From Camelus ferus (lineage: Eukaryota), in NCBI RefSeq assembly GCF_009834535.1, contig NC_045696.1:26476001-26540000 (forward strand): 64,000 nt of DNA. The letters are read 5' to 3'. The notes under the pieces were generated by a model that did not search any database, had not been told where the DNA came from, and saw only the letters and a program-made list of their open reading frames with translations. Positions within the stretch are counted from its first letter, which is position 1. Every line of letters begins with the position of its first letter. The position numbers and the translations under genes are program-made. Below, piece after piece: positions 24,797 to 38,639 of this stretch.

Positions 24797-25008
24797 TTGT
24801 TTATTGAAGTATAGTTAATTTACAGTACTTTGTTAATTTCTGGTGTACAGCATAAAGATTCATTTATATATATGTATATATATCCCTATTCATAGTTTTT
24901 CATTATAGGCCATTACAAGGTATTGAATATAGTTTCCTGTGCTGTACTGTAGGACCTTGTTGTTTATCTATTTTATATACAGTAGTTAGCATCTATAAAT
25001 TCTGAATC
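24797..25008 (-). mobile_element. 5'-truncated L1 3' end, tail-to-tail with the previous copy
   Basis: 'ttattgaagtatagtt...tttctggtgtacagc...tattgaatatagtttcctgtgct...ggaccttgttgtttatctattttatata'. Confidence 0.92.
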
Positions 25009-25856
25009 ATAATTTATTAAGAAACACAAAACCAAAGGTAATGCAAGACAACCTGAATTTATGTGGGAACAGCAAAGATTTTATTGTGCATTTTACAAGA
25101 CAAAGGTAGTTTCTCCAGGCTATTAGTTGCTGGTTTTTCAAGGACAGATGCAAAGCTATCATTTTTCCAGATGAATAGCAAGAGGAAGAAAGGTGCATTG
25201 GCGGTGCCCTGTGCTCATGTGCTTACTGTTCACAAAACTTCCACCTATGTCTGTCTTGACGTGGGAATTCACTGAACCGATGATCAGACTCTGCCTTCCT
25301 GGTGCCATGAAAGAGAAGGGTAATTTCAGTCCACTGCAGCTCAAACTATTGATGTCCAAGCTCATTATGCATTATTAACTTCTTTATGGTGTTGGGACAC
25401 CAAAGAGAGATCCTGTTAAGAAGCAGAGAGTGCAAAACAGGATCAGTGGGATATTGTAATCAGGTGGAGGAGCAACTAAAGTGCCTGGGAAAAGACCTCC
25501 AGATGGTGATGAAAAAAAGATGACCTCCAGTGGTGAGGCTACACACACTCCTGGAGGGGAGCCTCATGCCCACACGCTGGGAAGGGGGCTTGAAGAAGAA
25601 GAAAGAGCAGCCAATTTTTCCTTCTAGGTAGAGATCACGGCAAAAGCCTTCTTGGGGAAAGAGCACAAACCCTTCGAGCAAAAGAAGTTTGTTGATTATC
25701 TGTGGATTTCCATCACTCATACTCCCCCCACCCCCACTCCTGACCAGCAAGAATTAGGCATGGACATAGGCATGAAATTATCCCTGCCTACGGTGTCTCG
25801 GGGTGTTGGTGCCTCTATCTGAGGTAGCTGGGCTCTGCTGTTTCTTCAGAGTTCTA

Positions 25857-25906
25857 AAGAATCAAACCAAAAAAAAACCAAACAAATAAAAATGAAGAAT
25901 CAAACC
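25857..25906 (+). mobile_element. A-rich micro-insertion flanked by a 12-bp direct repeat
   Basis: aagaatcaaacc at 25857-25868 and 25895-25906 flanks a 26-nt A-rich stretch. Confidence 0.6.
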
Positions 25907-28900
25907 TAATTCACATACCAGGATTTCTCATTTTGAGGCCAAATGAATGTTTTGATATAAGAGGTCTTTTCGCTTCTGCTGATGGAAAAAACATCAATGA
26001 TTTATCTATTAACAGTATTTTTTCAGCCACTCAAGTTTATCATCTCATAAAGTTGGGAGAATCAAATAAATTAATATTTGTTTTAACATTTAAAATGCTG
26101 TACAAATGTGAATTATTTTTGTTATCTTCCTGTTGACATTGAAATTCATGCATTAGGTAATGATGTAAAAATCCACTATGAAATGATGAGTCAACTGCTT
26201 GATGTCGGCTCCTACCACTGCCCTCTGGGTTTCCATCAGTGCTGACAATAATTCCCCAGAACTGTGAAATGAGGTGGTCATGTTTAGAGTGAAATTAAAA
26301 AGAGTTCACATGTAATGGTCAAAATTAACCATCAACAGCATTGCCTCAACTTAAGAGAAATAGTCAGTAGTGACTTAGGTGACCTGTGGAGATGATTCCA
26401 ATATTCCATTTGAAGCTATATATTACTATTTTCTTTTACTAACTGAAGCTCTAATGTAACCAGTCCTATTCAGTTACAGACATACAATCATATGCAAATG
26501 TATAAATAAAAATAAATTCAGAAATAAGTGCATATATTTCAACAGGAGGCAAGTATCAAGTGACAAAAATAAAAAAATTCAGTAACAAGTTTGATGTCCC
26601 GTATTCAAGGTAGGACAACCCATGCACTGAGGGAGTGGAGCACTCTACAAGCAGTGGGGCTCTGTTCCCAAGAGATTCAGGATGCACATTTTACAGAGCA
26701 TTGGAAGCGGCAATACGCAGACAAGGCGTGTTTGGCTAGGAGGCCAGGGATTTCCTCATAAAGTGAGCAGGTCCATTTTCCAGGGTAAGTTAAGCTCACT
26801 AAAGCTGAGGTGGAGGATTGTAATTGGTGAACGTGAGGTTTCCTTGACAGTGAGGCCTCTACCCTGAAGGCCAGATGATTTAGGTTTCGATTTGCGATGT
26901 GGACCGGGTCACCGGGGTGGCCTCCATTCTGTGGGTCCCACCTGATGGAAGGAATACCTAGGTGTGTCATTTAGAAACCAGGAGCTTAGAAAGGAAGAAC
27001 GTGCCTCTGTAAAGTGCACGATGACACAAAAAGACAGTCCCTTGGGCTGGGAAAACTATTCAGCCATGTATTTTGAGCTGGGCTTGAATGATCACATTAC
27101 TTACTCAAAAAAAGCCAGAATGAATCATGAAGTCAAAAAATGATCTATATTTCTGCACACTGGATTAGTGTACATTGTGCTCACAGTGTACACATCATGG
27201 TCCCACAGAGAAGAGAGTTACTGAGAGAATGTGGGGATGTGTGTCTGGGGAGGTGTGTTTGTATTTCCAGGAGTGGGGAAACAGTGAAGGGAATGTTTGA
27301 TCGGAGTCATTTTGTCCATTACATTATGTAATATTCTCTGGAAAAATGAAACTCGTAAAGGATAAGAGGTGTGAAATGCCATGGTACGTCTGGGGGAGGA
27401 GGACCACTCTGCGCCAGACCCTTAGCTGTGAGGTATTGTAGGCATGCAAGAGAGGAGGGAGGAGAAATCCTTCGCCCGGCTGGAGAAGCAGGCAACGGTA
27501 CTTCATCAGCCTGCAAGGAAATCTCATCTTTCCATCCCCACAAGATCTCCTTCAATATTTACCTTAGGTTATTGATGCACAATTACAACTCTTTAGTCGT
27601 TAATTCATTGAGAGCAGTATTTTCTTACTCAGGTCCAAACTTCTGTCCTTTGCAATCTACCTGGACAAACCTGGCACCCTGTAAATATGGGAAGTAAGAG
27701 AGGAGGGAAAGAATCGCAAACTCTAAGACAAGACCTGCCAAGGGGGTCTGACTCCCTCCACCAAGATGCGTGAGATTCTTCTCCACCTCCATCATCAAAG
27801 CAGGATGCTCCATGGCATTGGGGTTGAGGGGGAGGGGAGGAGGTTCTGCAGATGCATCACAGGAGTGAGTACAGGCTTAGCTGTTGTCATGTGTGGCTGC
27901 TTAACACTTACTTACAGAGAGAACACCACATCTGAAAACTGGGGTGAAGGCATGCCTACCTAACTAAATGGTCCTATGACTCTAGCCTCCTGCCATCTCT
28001 AACATTCCAAGACTACATCCAATTGTATATTGGACAGAGGCAGACAGCATTACGGATGCCTAATGATTTCATTAACAACAGAACTCTCATTAGAGCAAGG
28101 TGCTAAAAATGAAATGCACTGTTCTTTAATAACCAGCAAAAGAACCTGAAATGGGCTTAAATGTAATTTCACTCTAGCAAGCTGTGAATAACCTGCTTCC
28201 AATCACTGCAGAAAGTGCTCTGTATTCATGTAGGGGAGAGAGAACACTTCGGTCCTTCCAGTGGCTACAGATTAGCGTGGCCATTAGCACAACCTTATAA
28301 ATCCACAAGCTTAGAATTAGTGAAGGCTAGAAGGTCACAGGCTGAAATTTCTCAGAGCACAGCCCTTCAGAGACACTTCAGAAACAGTTTTATAATTTCT
28401 CCTTGAACTCATGTGCTTTCTGCATTAGACTGTTTACATTTTGACACACATCATGTCAGTCAAGTAAGAGAAGACAGACATCAAGTGCTCATGGGCCCTA
28501 ATATACCATTTAGGAAGAAGCCACCAGCTGTGGCAAGGAAAATGTGAGGGAAGAATACAATCTTTTTAAAGAACCCTTTGAAACATAAAATAAAAATTAC
28601 AGTGTGCCTTGCTGCTTGATTGTCTCCTGTACAAAGGCAACTGACACTGACTGGAATCTGTGGCCTTGCAGCCCACATGCCTTCCCGATGATCTAAACTA
28701 CTCAGGCTTGAAATGAGAAAACTTGAGGCCTCGTCTTGTGTGTAGACTCATGCGGGCACTTGGTTGTTTTCAATCAAACTTCAATATGAAGCACCCCTCC
28801 GTCTTCTCCACCCCGCACTCTCTTAAAACCAAAACAAAATCAAAATCTGACATGAAAAATGTTGTTCCAATGCTTGCTGAACATTGTCACTTGAAAACTG

Positions 28901-29443
28901 CATCAAAACTTTCACAAATAAATAGGTACTAGTTTATTCCTGGTGATCATAAGATTAATATTGAACCTCAACATTGTCATTTCTCAGCTAGTCAATAGTC
29001 CTTTCCCAGAATGTCACCAATTCTGAATTTGGGGCTAGATATAATTAAGTGTCACTGGCTGAAAATTCCTTGAGGAGCTGACCATTGCTGTCTGAGTACA
29101 GCTTCCGGCAAGAGAGAAATACATCTGTTTCAACCTGTTTAATGCTAGTTGCCAGCATCTCCAAAGAAGTAAGATGCGACAGTTTTGATTTTGACTTAGT
29201 GCATGACGTTCTCAGGATGAGAGCTAATTTGTGTTAACCAAATCCTATATTCCATCTATTGCTTCCCAGACTAAATCAATTAAACCATATACGTTATTTG
29301 TTTGTTTGTGTGTGTTTATTTATTTATTTCTGTCAGAGGCTCAGTATCAGCCTCTGGTTGGACTCTTGGTCTGCTCTCACGGAGATGTACGGGAAGCCAG
29401 TGGACAGCACTGATGAAGTGTCTGCACGGCGACCACGTGGTTG

Positions 29444-29621
29444 GCGGTGCTCTCAGATGTCAGTGTGCGTCAGATCCCCTGGGTGGCTGTTACAAATGCA
29501 GACGCTAGTGCCTTATTTCATGTCTACAGAATCAATATCAAGAGGTGGATCCGAAGCTACATCCTGAAAAGCATCATAGAAGATGCAGATGAACCTGGGG
29601 TCTATATTTTGAAAACACTGG
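29444..29621. mobile_element. MER5A-like hAT MITE
   Basis: 'gtgcgtcagatcccctggg...tgttacaaatgcaga...ctacagaatcaa...ttttgaaaacactg'. Confidence 0.65.
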
Positions 29622-29643
29622 TTTATAATCCAGGAGGAGTCCA

Positions 29644-29840
29644 CCAGAATGGAATAGTAAAAGAAAGGTACTGGATTTAGAAGCAAATTACCTTGGTTCC
29701 ATTCTAATTTCTTGATTTGTTAATGGTGTTCTTGCCTTATTTAATTAGCATCAGTAAGCCTTAATTTTTTTATCAATAAAAACAAGGAAGATCTAAAATA
29801 TTATGTTTTTATCCTAAAGGATCCATCTAGCAGTATAATC
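29644..29840 (+). mobile_element. MIR3/MIRc-like
   Basis: 'tggaatagtaaaagaaaggtactggatttaga...ctaaaggatccatctagc'. Confidence 0.5.
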
Positions 29841-31676
29841 CAACTCACTGTTAATGTATTTTTGAAGGAATTTTAGTTTGTTTTTTTTTTTAATTTATTT
29901 ATTGGCTTTAGAAAAAAGAAATCTAGACTAGGGTAGTGTTGAGAAAATTTTCATTGAAATAATAATGTTCACCCTACAACACTCTTTGAAAAACTGCAGT
30001 TCTAAAGTAGAGATGCATGAAAATAGCTCTATTTTTATTTACAAGGATTTGAAATAGGTCAACATTCGTGATTTAGTGCACAACCAAAAACCGGGTCCTG
30101 ATACTAGTGAAATAAACAGATAATAAAAAAGAAAAAATCCCAAACCATCTTAGGCCTCAGAATGTATGGCATGGCCAAAGAAACAAAACAAAACTGAGGG
30201 CTTGGTAGACATACAACACATTTGGGGTCTAGGCCCTGTTCCAGAACTCAGATCCTGGTAATTTATACCATCTACCCCCAACCTCTAAGTTAAATGTCAA
30301 AAGAGAAAGAAATTGACAAAAATGTGCTCTTCCCTTCCAAAATTATACTCTTTAAACTATTCCAAAATAATATTAGCTCCAGAGTTAACTGCTTATTTTA
30401 TTTCCTTACTGTGAAGAAATTATTATTATGTGTTTAGCTATTAGGGTTGTTGCCAGGGTGATTGTCACACACACCACATTACAAGGAGGAACTGAGCTTC
30501 TTGAAATCTCCTCATTTACAGACACTCCTCACTCTCCCATCACTTAAACAAAAAGAACATTTTGGTGAAAAACATTTACGTACTCTATCTCCTCCTGCCT
30601 ACAGCAGAAGATTAAATCATATGGATGGAATTTTATGTACCAACTTTGCAAAGGTAGCTTGATGTATACAACTTGGCAAGGGTGGAACTACAAGTTGGGG
30701 GAAGACACCAGAATAATTTATGATTTTCTAAGACCTTACTGATTAAAAAAATTCTTTGTTTCTATAATACTTTTTCTAGTCTTTATTTCTAATTAAATCT
30801 TATCAAAAGTTAACACAAACCAGACCAATGACATCGTCTTCAGAATCGGAGGAGTACAACACTAGGCACTTGGCAATTCATCCGTGGATTCTTTTTGCAC
30901 CTGCACAAGAACTCCTTTCTGAGTTATTGACTTGGAGGCCTAATGCCATGCCTCAAGGGTAGATCAAGGTGTGCCCTGGGATCAACCGTCTAAGTAAATT
31001 TCCCAGCACCTGCAATATTAATTGTTAGTCGAATTTAGACAGCTGAGGCAGTCAAACCCTTTTCTTCTTCTTTTTTTCATGTGGTTCCAATCACAACTAT
31101 GAATAACTAGATGATGTTTGACATTAATAAATGCAAATGCACTTCTAGATCAGGTTAGTTTTTACAGTATTGAGGAGGGGAGATGCTATTCTCTTTAACT
31201 AGTGATTAAAATTAAAATTTATTGTTATTACCAAAGAGAAAAAAATTATTGGGTTAAATATCAATAATGATACAGTATATCAGAAAGAGTTAAATACAAA
31301 AATTAATGTGTAAATCCCTAACACTGCTAAGACTTTCAAGTTGGGGATGAGATTGAAATGAGGAGGCCAGAAGTAAGTTCTGCAGGAAGGGGAAGGCTAG
31401 AGATGTGGCATTTGTTTCCCTGGCATGGTAAGGAGAAGCCACGAGTGAAAATGCAGGTTTATAGGAGTTTGAATGAAATTAAACCAGGATAAGGGACAGA
31501 ATAAAATTTTCTAAGACTACACACAAAGCCATCAGACTACAGCATTAGAGCACTCTGTCCTGCCTTAGGAATGTAAAAGAATATAAAGGAATCTAGGAAT
31601 CTGAAAAGAATAAAGTTTGGAGACGTAGTGTTGCTAAAGAGAGCATGGCCACTTTGTAGAAGCTTCTTCCCATTTT

Positions 31677-32706
31677 GTATATACACGATGCACATTTTCT
31701 GTTTGCTGTGCCAGACCCGCTTCTCTCCTCCACCAGCTCCTGCCTTCTTTCTGTGCCCTGTGAGGCTGACCTTTATAAGCACTCTGGTCCTCTGCTCCGC
31801 GCCGAGTTTGTGCGTGCTTAGATCTGCACCATCACCTGGTCTGCTCTCTGACTGATGCAGCCCCAGCAGGGCTCACAGTGTTTTGAAGTTTGTGGAGCTA
31901 CAGCTTTCCTGCCACTTCTGGCCGAGAGTGCCTCTGTTCTGGGGATTCCTTCAGATCAGATCACCCACAGGCATGACCCTGCAGAACCTTGGCTCCTGCT
32001 TCACATTTTTTCCCCTTGTGCCCTGATGCTTCCTCATTGCTGCTGAGTGGGAAACACCACAGGACTACTCAGTGTCCGTTAATAACATGATCCAGAAGAT
32101 CAAGGGAGTCAACACTTCATAAGGCCATGAATAGCCAATGGGCCCTTCAAATACTTGAGAGACATCCCAACTTCCTATCACTTTTCTGGAGCTGTTTTGT
32201 GAAACCAAGGTATCTGCTTGTGGTGAAGAAGGGGCCAGCTCAGTAAAGCGAGTTGTTATATTTGCTCTCCTTGTATTGCTTCCCTCCCTCTTTCCTCAAC
32301 TCCGCTTCCGCAGGGTTGCACTCCCAAAGAATGTGTCCGTTTAGGCTCTGTTTCAGATACACCTGGTCTAGTACACTATCTGGCTTCTGGTCTGAGACAG
32401 TGGGACATGTGGCATGATATAGGAAGTTCACAAGAAAGTGAGTTTGGTGTTTTTGTTTTCCTTTCTCCACTCTTGCCAATTCCACCCCAGCCCGTTCGTC
32501 CAGCTGTTCTCTCTGGGTTCCAGGATCTGCTCCCTCTCCTGGCTCCTTCAGGCCTACGGAGACAGTGACTCCCAGATACTGCCCTACCTCTTAATTGTTT
32601 TCTCTTAGCCCTGCCCACTCCTTTGTAGTTAGTCCATTTATAACATATGCTCAGTGATCCCGTTGATTTGTTCGACACCTTCCTTGAAAAGTCTGCAACG
32701 GATCCA
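31677..32706 (+). mobile_element. Ancient ERVL LTR (LTR50-like) split by a nested LTR16-like LTR (~31800-32375)
   Basis: Outer 5' part 'tctgtgccctgtgaggctgacct'; outer 3' part 'ccttcaggccta...ttagccctgcccactcctttgta..tagtcc'; inner part 'gggagtcaacac...ccaatggg...ttgtattgcttccctcc...aggctctgttt...ctagtaca'. Confidence 0.55.
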
Positions 32707-33044
32707 GACACTTAACCTCATAAGTAAAGTGGGAAATTGACACACTGATAATCTTAGAATAGGAACAATGCAGAAGGTCTGCCAAGCTTATAGAAGGTAC
32801 AGGGGAATAAAGGTTTTGGCAGACCTGGTACGGGGTGGAATGCCATCAGCACTAACATCTTCCAGGTCTAACACTCCTCGCCCTTGCTCAGGGAGCCATG
32901 CAGACCTTAACATCAATCGTGTCTAATGAACGAAATAATAGATGGGAAAATGTGGGTAGTTGGACCTATTTTGAGTTATGTTGATAAAGGATACAAAGCA
33001 AGCAGGAAAGGTGCTCTGATATACTAAACCATAAAACAAAAACC

Positions 33045-33245
33045 ACTCAGCTTAGAATCAGAAGAGAGGAGACAGAGCCATCATTGAGATACTTACTAAC
33101 TATCGGACACTGAACCAGCCATTTCCCTACCCTGAGTCTTAGTGCCCTAATATGTAAAATGGGGATTAAAATGCCACACTACACGGGTCACAAGGCTGTT
33201 ATAAAGTTTACATAAGATGAAGCATATGAGAGTACATTATTTTGC
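33045..33245 (+). mobile_element. MIR
   Basis: 'acttactaact...tgtaaaatggggattaaaat...ggctgttat'. Confidence 0.65.
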
Positions 33246-34444
33246 TAGCGCATTAGTGATATTATAAATATGGATGTAAATGTGTGTGCTTCATGGAAAT
33301 AACCTAATATGCACAATGGACTGAAAACCAAAATTATGAAACAGAAAACATTGGACACACCTATTTCTTTGGGAAGAGAATAAGCCCTGGGCTTAGCCAT
33401 AGTGGAATTCACATTTTGATATCAATTTATAAATGTTTGCCTAAATAGTGCATTAGATACAATGCAGCGTATAAGTAAAAAATGGTCCATTTTATATTTT
33501 TTCCAACAGAAAATTCATTTTCTGGCCAGAATTTTACAAAATGATGTTTTTCTAGTCAATGTGCCTGAATATTTTTCTCTGGCATTCTTGACCATTGTTC
33601 CAGTATAGTGGGGAAGAAAAAGTCACCTTTCCAAAACAGACAAAATGTGTGCCTTCTAGGATAACGGCCAAAAGCACAGACCAAGACCCAAGCAAACCCT
33701 GGTCGGAGGGTAAGGCTCAGAGCCAGTTCCTCTGGCTCCACAGGCTTTGCCTCATTCTGCAGATAAACCTCAGCTGCTCTGAGCCGCCGCTTTTTGCACA
33801 GACTCTGCCTGAAACTGTGGCTCAGGTTCCCACAGGCACTTGATTTGCTCTCATTTCTGAGACTGATTCATGAAGAACATTTATCAACTGTTTCTGCTTT
33901 CTTTGGTTCACATGTTGAAGTTTTGCTGACATCCACTGTAGAGGGGAAATCAGATTCAATATCCCATCAATTTTCAGCATAGAAAAGCAAGCACGTTTCA
34001 GCTGTGTCACAGCATCAGCAGTAAACATATTTAATAATATCAATTACTGACTTCGACACTTTCATGATCTGGAAAAACATACAACCTCTTGGAGATAGTC
34101 TTTTGCAACTAAGAGAAAAATGCATTTATTATAGAGTACGGTGCAAACATTTTCAGTGGGTACTAACTGTGTAGTTACAGGAATAGCATAATCTTTTGTG
34201 GTTCTTCATTTTGGAGAATGGAAATCTAGGCTGAGATGCTAAATAAATCATCTAATTCCTTCAGATACGGCTCTTGAAGAAATTTTTGGATTCCTTTAGA
34301 GAAGCTCTATTCAAATATTCCAGAGAAGCAAATTAAATTGATTTTTCTAATTTGTAGGAAATTCCACACTGACTCTTGGAAATTACATACAGTTGTATAT
34401 GTAATTCAGCATCGTGAAGAATAAGTGGGTTTTTGTTGTTTATT

Positions 34445-34640
34445 ATGATGATCACCATACTCGTTAGTTGCTTTATATGCTTTCCCATTTTATTATATCA
34501 AAAAATCATATGAAGTAGAAATCAGCATGCCCATTTTATAGAAGAGAAAACAAAGACTCAGAGACGGTAAATAATTCCAAGACGAGAAGCTAGTAAATGG
34601 GAGACACAGATTTGAATCCATTTTCTACTAGTTTGAGATT
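34445..34640 (-). mobile_element. MIR
   Basis: 'cccattttatagaagagaaaacaaagactcagaga...agctagtaaatgg...gatttgaatcca'. Confidence 0.75.
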
Positions 34641-35096
34641 AAGTTCTTTCGAAGATGTTCTGCTGCTATTTCTTTCGTGCAAGAAGGCGTTAGAGATTGA
34701 TTTCTTTAAAATCTTGGTTTCTAGGACGATAAACAGTATTCTTTTCCAGAAGGAAAATTTTCTCCACTGTTCTCCCTGTGGCCTTGTACATGCATGCTGC
34801 TCTGGAGGAGAAGCTCCCTTTGTGATATTTTCCTATAGACTGTAAGTAAAAAAGAAAAAAAGTGCCTCGTCACAGTTTTTTGTAGGACCTGTTGCAGTCA
34901 GCTAAGGGCTGCATTGTGACTGTCTTACCTTAAGGAGGCAATAATCAAATGAGAACTCCAAAACTTCTGAAAGATTTAAAAAAATAAATAAGAGTTTTCA
35001 AAAGAATGAGAATGGGGTCCTAATTCTGGAAACATTCACCCAGCCAAAGGAGGTGGTACAGACAACACAGCCCTGCTTCCATACCATCCCTCTTAC

Positions 35097-35555
35097 TGTT
35101 ACTGAACTCGAGTTCATGTGCCCGACCGAGCCTGAGACCAAACAAACACAAACATTAGAGTTTGGAGCAGAGAAAGGTTTACTGTAGGGCCCAGCAAGGA
35201 GGACCAGGTGGGTTATGCCCAAGAAAACCCTGAACTTTCAGCAAAGCATGTTTAAAGGCCAGTTGGGGGTGGGGGTCCAGATGAATTGATCAGTTTATGC
35301 ACAATTCTGACTGGTTGATGTTAAGGGAACAGGGTGGTCAACACTATCGACCCTTAGGCGTCAGAAGGTGTGGGGCCAAGTGCTCACCATCATCAAGTAG
35401 TTAAGTTCTTCCCTTTGGTGGTGGTTTTAACATCTGAAAAACCCAGGAAATATGCATGAGATGCTATTATCTGGTACTTCAGAGAGGGGCTGCAGAAGAG
35501 GACATGGGGGAGGGGTCTGTGCCTGGAAGTCCCCTCAGGGTCCTGCTCCGTTACA
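35097..35555 (-). mobile_element. ERV1 solo LTR (cetartiodactyl MER41/LTR39-like)
   Basis: TGTTAC...GTTACA termini and a 4-bp TSD ttac/atac. The reverse strand starts TGTAACGGAGCAGGACCC and is homologous to the LTR at 43205-43827. Confidence 0.88.
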
Positions 35556-36237
35556 ATACTAGGTTAATGGAAATGTTCTCCCATTAAATGGGTAAACCCA
35601 GTGGCGCTGCACCAGCAGTGATGACGCGGGTCCTTAGATTCTCGTGGCCGGGAGTGTGATGGTTCTGTTAAACATCCCTGGATGAGGAAACCACACACAC
35701 GCACAGGGACACACGGGAATACTCCCTGAGGTCCACAGAACTGAAATAGAAGTTGGTTGATTCAACCTCAGCTGGCAAAATGGTCAAGCAAAGCCTCCAC
35801 CTACTAGCGTCAGAGACACAAGAAAAGCAATAGGAAATTCCAGCACAATGCAGGGGTGAGCCTTCAGAGGCCGCACTCCTGGGCTCTCAGAACCTGTCAA
35901 ACTCCGTCATGGGAAAAGGACCTACCCACCTGGAGAGGAAAACGGGGTTGGAGAGAGAAAGAGAGCTAGTTCTTCACCTTGACACGACCGGAGAAGGCTG
36001 TACCAGTCTGTCAGGGCAAATTTCTTGCGGCGTCAGTCCTGGGGGCATCTTTCTGAGCCCACGAGAGCAGGCCTTTCTCCCAGACAAAACTGGATCTGGG
36101 AGCACAGGCACCAGGACAGGGGAGCAGCACCAAAGCCAGCGTGCCGACCCACTGGGTTTCCAGAGTTACTGACTTACCTTTCTAGGGCAGGAGGTTGACA
36201 GTTCCCCTTCCACTGTTTGCTTTTCATTTTGTCCTTG

Positions 36238-36684
36238 TGTTAGAGCAGGCAGATAGCTAGATATGAGCAGAGAAAGGAGGACACAGACCAAATGGCAGGA
36301 ATTGGGCAAATTAGCCTTGCAGATCAGAAGTACCCATCATGCACCGACGCCATGACACTTCCTATCCAGACTAAATAAGGACAAAAATCCCTCCTCCCTT
36401 TGGGAAGGTGGAGTTGGGATGATAATCAGGGAATACGACCCCAAACCCTTCCCTCCCCAATGAATATTCTGCCCATCCATTTTTACACCCTATGTAGCTA
36501 ACTAACTTGCCAAAGAAACTCAGGGCAGCCGCTCACTGAGCCTGCCCGCTCTCCCCTGAGAGTGTACTATCCATTCTCTAATAAATCCTCACTTTACCTT
36601 TTTAACCACCAGAGACGTCTTGTCTCTGAATTCTTTCTGGGACGGGACAAGAACCTGGAACACCGGTTGCGTCCATCAGCAACA
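36238..36684 (+). mobile_element. ERV1-type solo LTR, comparatively young
   Basis: TGTT...AACA termini, a perfect 4-bp TSD CTTG (36234-36237 / 36685-36688), AATAAA at ~36580 and a U5-like 'ctgaattctttct..gacgggacaagaacc'. Confidence 0.92.
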
Positions 36685-37289
36685 CTTGCTTCTAACACAT
36701 ATTATCAATTAATTTAATCCTCAACCAACATTGTCAGAGTCATGTTTCAAACTCAGGCAGTCTGACTGCAGAATCCACAAGCATGTTCATTTTTTCATGT
36801 TGCCGGACTTTGCCCATTAATGCTGGAACAATTGTGTATGAACTTCACGGGAGAGTATGGGGAGTCTTGGTGCAGAAATATGCTACTAAAGATTTATGTT
36901 GTAGCTTTTCCCTGCTGGACAATCTGAAGGACCACAGCTTCCTTGTATGAAGGCCAGTAAGGATCTAGCACCATCCTCCCAGACTGGCCCTAGTAACTTG
37001 CAGAAAGATAAAGAAAGTTTGACAAGACCCAGAAAAATGCAGGCAGAAAGAAAAGGGGGAGAGGACAGCCAGGGAGAGAAGACACTCCTGTCGGCCACCT
37101 GAAAAGGATCCTAAAGGGATGGAATATTTTCTGGTTAGAGGAAGCAAAGAAAGGTTTGGCATCATATCCTTGACTTTGTTTTTGTTCACAAGTGATTAAT
37201 AAGGCTGATTTCTTTCTATTAATCGACAGTCTTTCCTGCTCTTCCAGGCAATTCAGCCACACAAAGGAGTTGCATTTATTAATTATTGT

Positions 37290-37395
37290 AAAGTATTTAC
37301 TTCTGCATCCGTCTCCCTCAGTGGACTATGAATTCCTTCGGGGCAACTCTATGTTCATTTCATCCCTGTCCCCTGTCCTTAGCTCCCAGTGCTGT
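37290..37395 (+). mobile_element. L2 3'-end fragment
   Basis: 'gtctccctcagtggactatgaattccttcggggca...atccctgtcccc'. Confidence 0.55.
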
Positions 37396-38639
37396 CCAAG
37401 AAGTGAGAGGACCGAGGTCATGCTGGTGCCCAGCTCTTTGGCTTGGGTCTCTAAACTGTGGAACTCTTTTGTTAATAAACAATTCTACCTGGCAATTCTC
37501 TGGACATGGGAGTGATTTCACATCTTAGAAGAAGTTACCCGTGACCATGTTCTCTTCTAGGACTTAAAAAAATAGAGACTGAGGCCTTCCTCTGTGGACA
37601 TAATCCAGTCACTCTCAGTCCTAGTGGGAGGTTTGTAATGTCTGTGCTCAGGACTGCAAAGCAGTTGGCACATTCAGAAGTCAAATAATTAGTATGGAGC
37701 TTTTCTAACTTTTAAAAACAAACCCTATCATTTGAATTTTAAACATACTGTGATTTCCCAAAATAGAAACTGCTCTAGTTTCTCATATTTTATTTTTAGA
37801 ACGATGTGCAAAACTTGAGGTGAGAAAATACATTTTGTGTATTTATTTAAAATTCAGACCTGTTAATGGTTTGTGTGTGTACCAAATAGTATGAAGGTAA
37901 AAAAGAAAAAGCCACTTTAAAAATTGTCAGCCAAAGGACCAACTAGAAAAAATTTTTAAAGTTAAAATTACTCAATATCAGAAGCAGATTGATTAATTTA
38001 TTTATTATTTGCTTCAGGAAGGGGAAAGAGAATGAGAGGCCATTTAATGCAGTTATTGGAATGATACCTTGTTATATTTTTACCAACTGATCCAATAGAC
38101 AACATGATACATTAATAGTTTTCATTTTAATTTTATTTTGTATATGTGCACATGTCTGTGGGAGGATGGGTGAGAATGTCTGCAATGCTGGGTGAGACAG
38201 ACTCTCCTCCCCCCACCATGAAGGCACTTCTGCTACATGGGTTGGATTTAGAGGCCGAAGCACTTGTCTAATTGAATAGATTTTGCTCCAAATTAATTAT
38301 TTAATCAACTGGGGGAATTTTGCCATTATTTTATTTAGAACTATGATACGTCGCTGCCTAAATGCAAGCCCATTTTATGAGCTATTTCTTCCCTTCTCTG
38401 TCCACTCTATGGTTCTGTGTTTTCTTCCATTATCTTCCTTTAGATCTTGTGATTGTGCAGTTTGGAACCCCTTGTCCTGCTGACAACAAACTGCCTTGTA
38501 ACTTGGCGTCTCCACGTGATTTCCTGCTCTGCGTCCCCTTCAGCCTGGCTCGCCTTCAGCCTGGCTCACCTTCAGTGGTGCTGCGTCTTTCCTGTCCTCC
38601 TCTGTATGGGCCTCTTATTCCTTCCTGCCTTACAGATCA

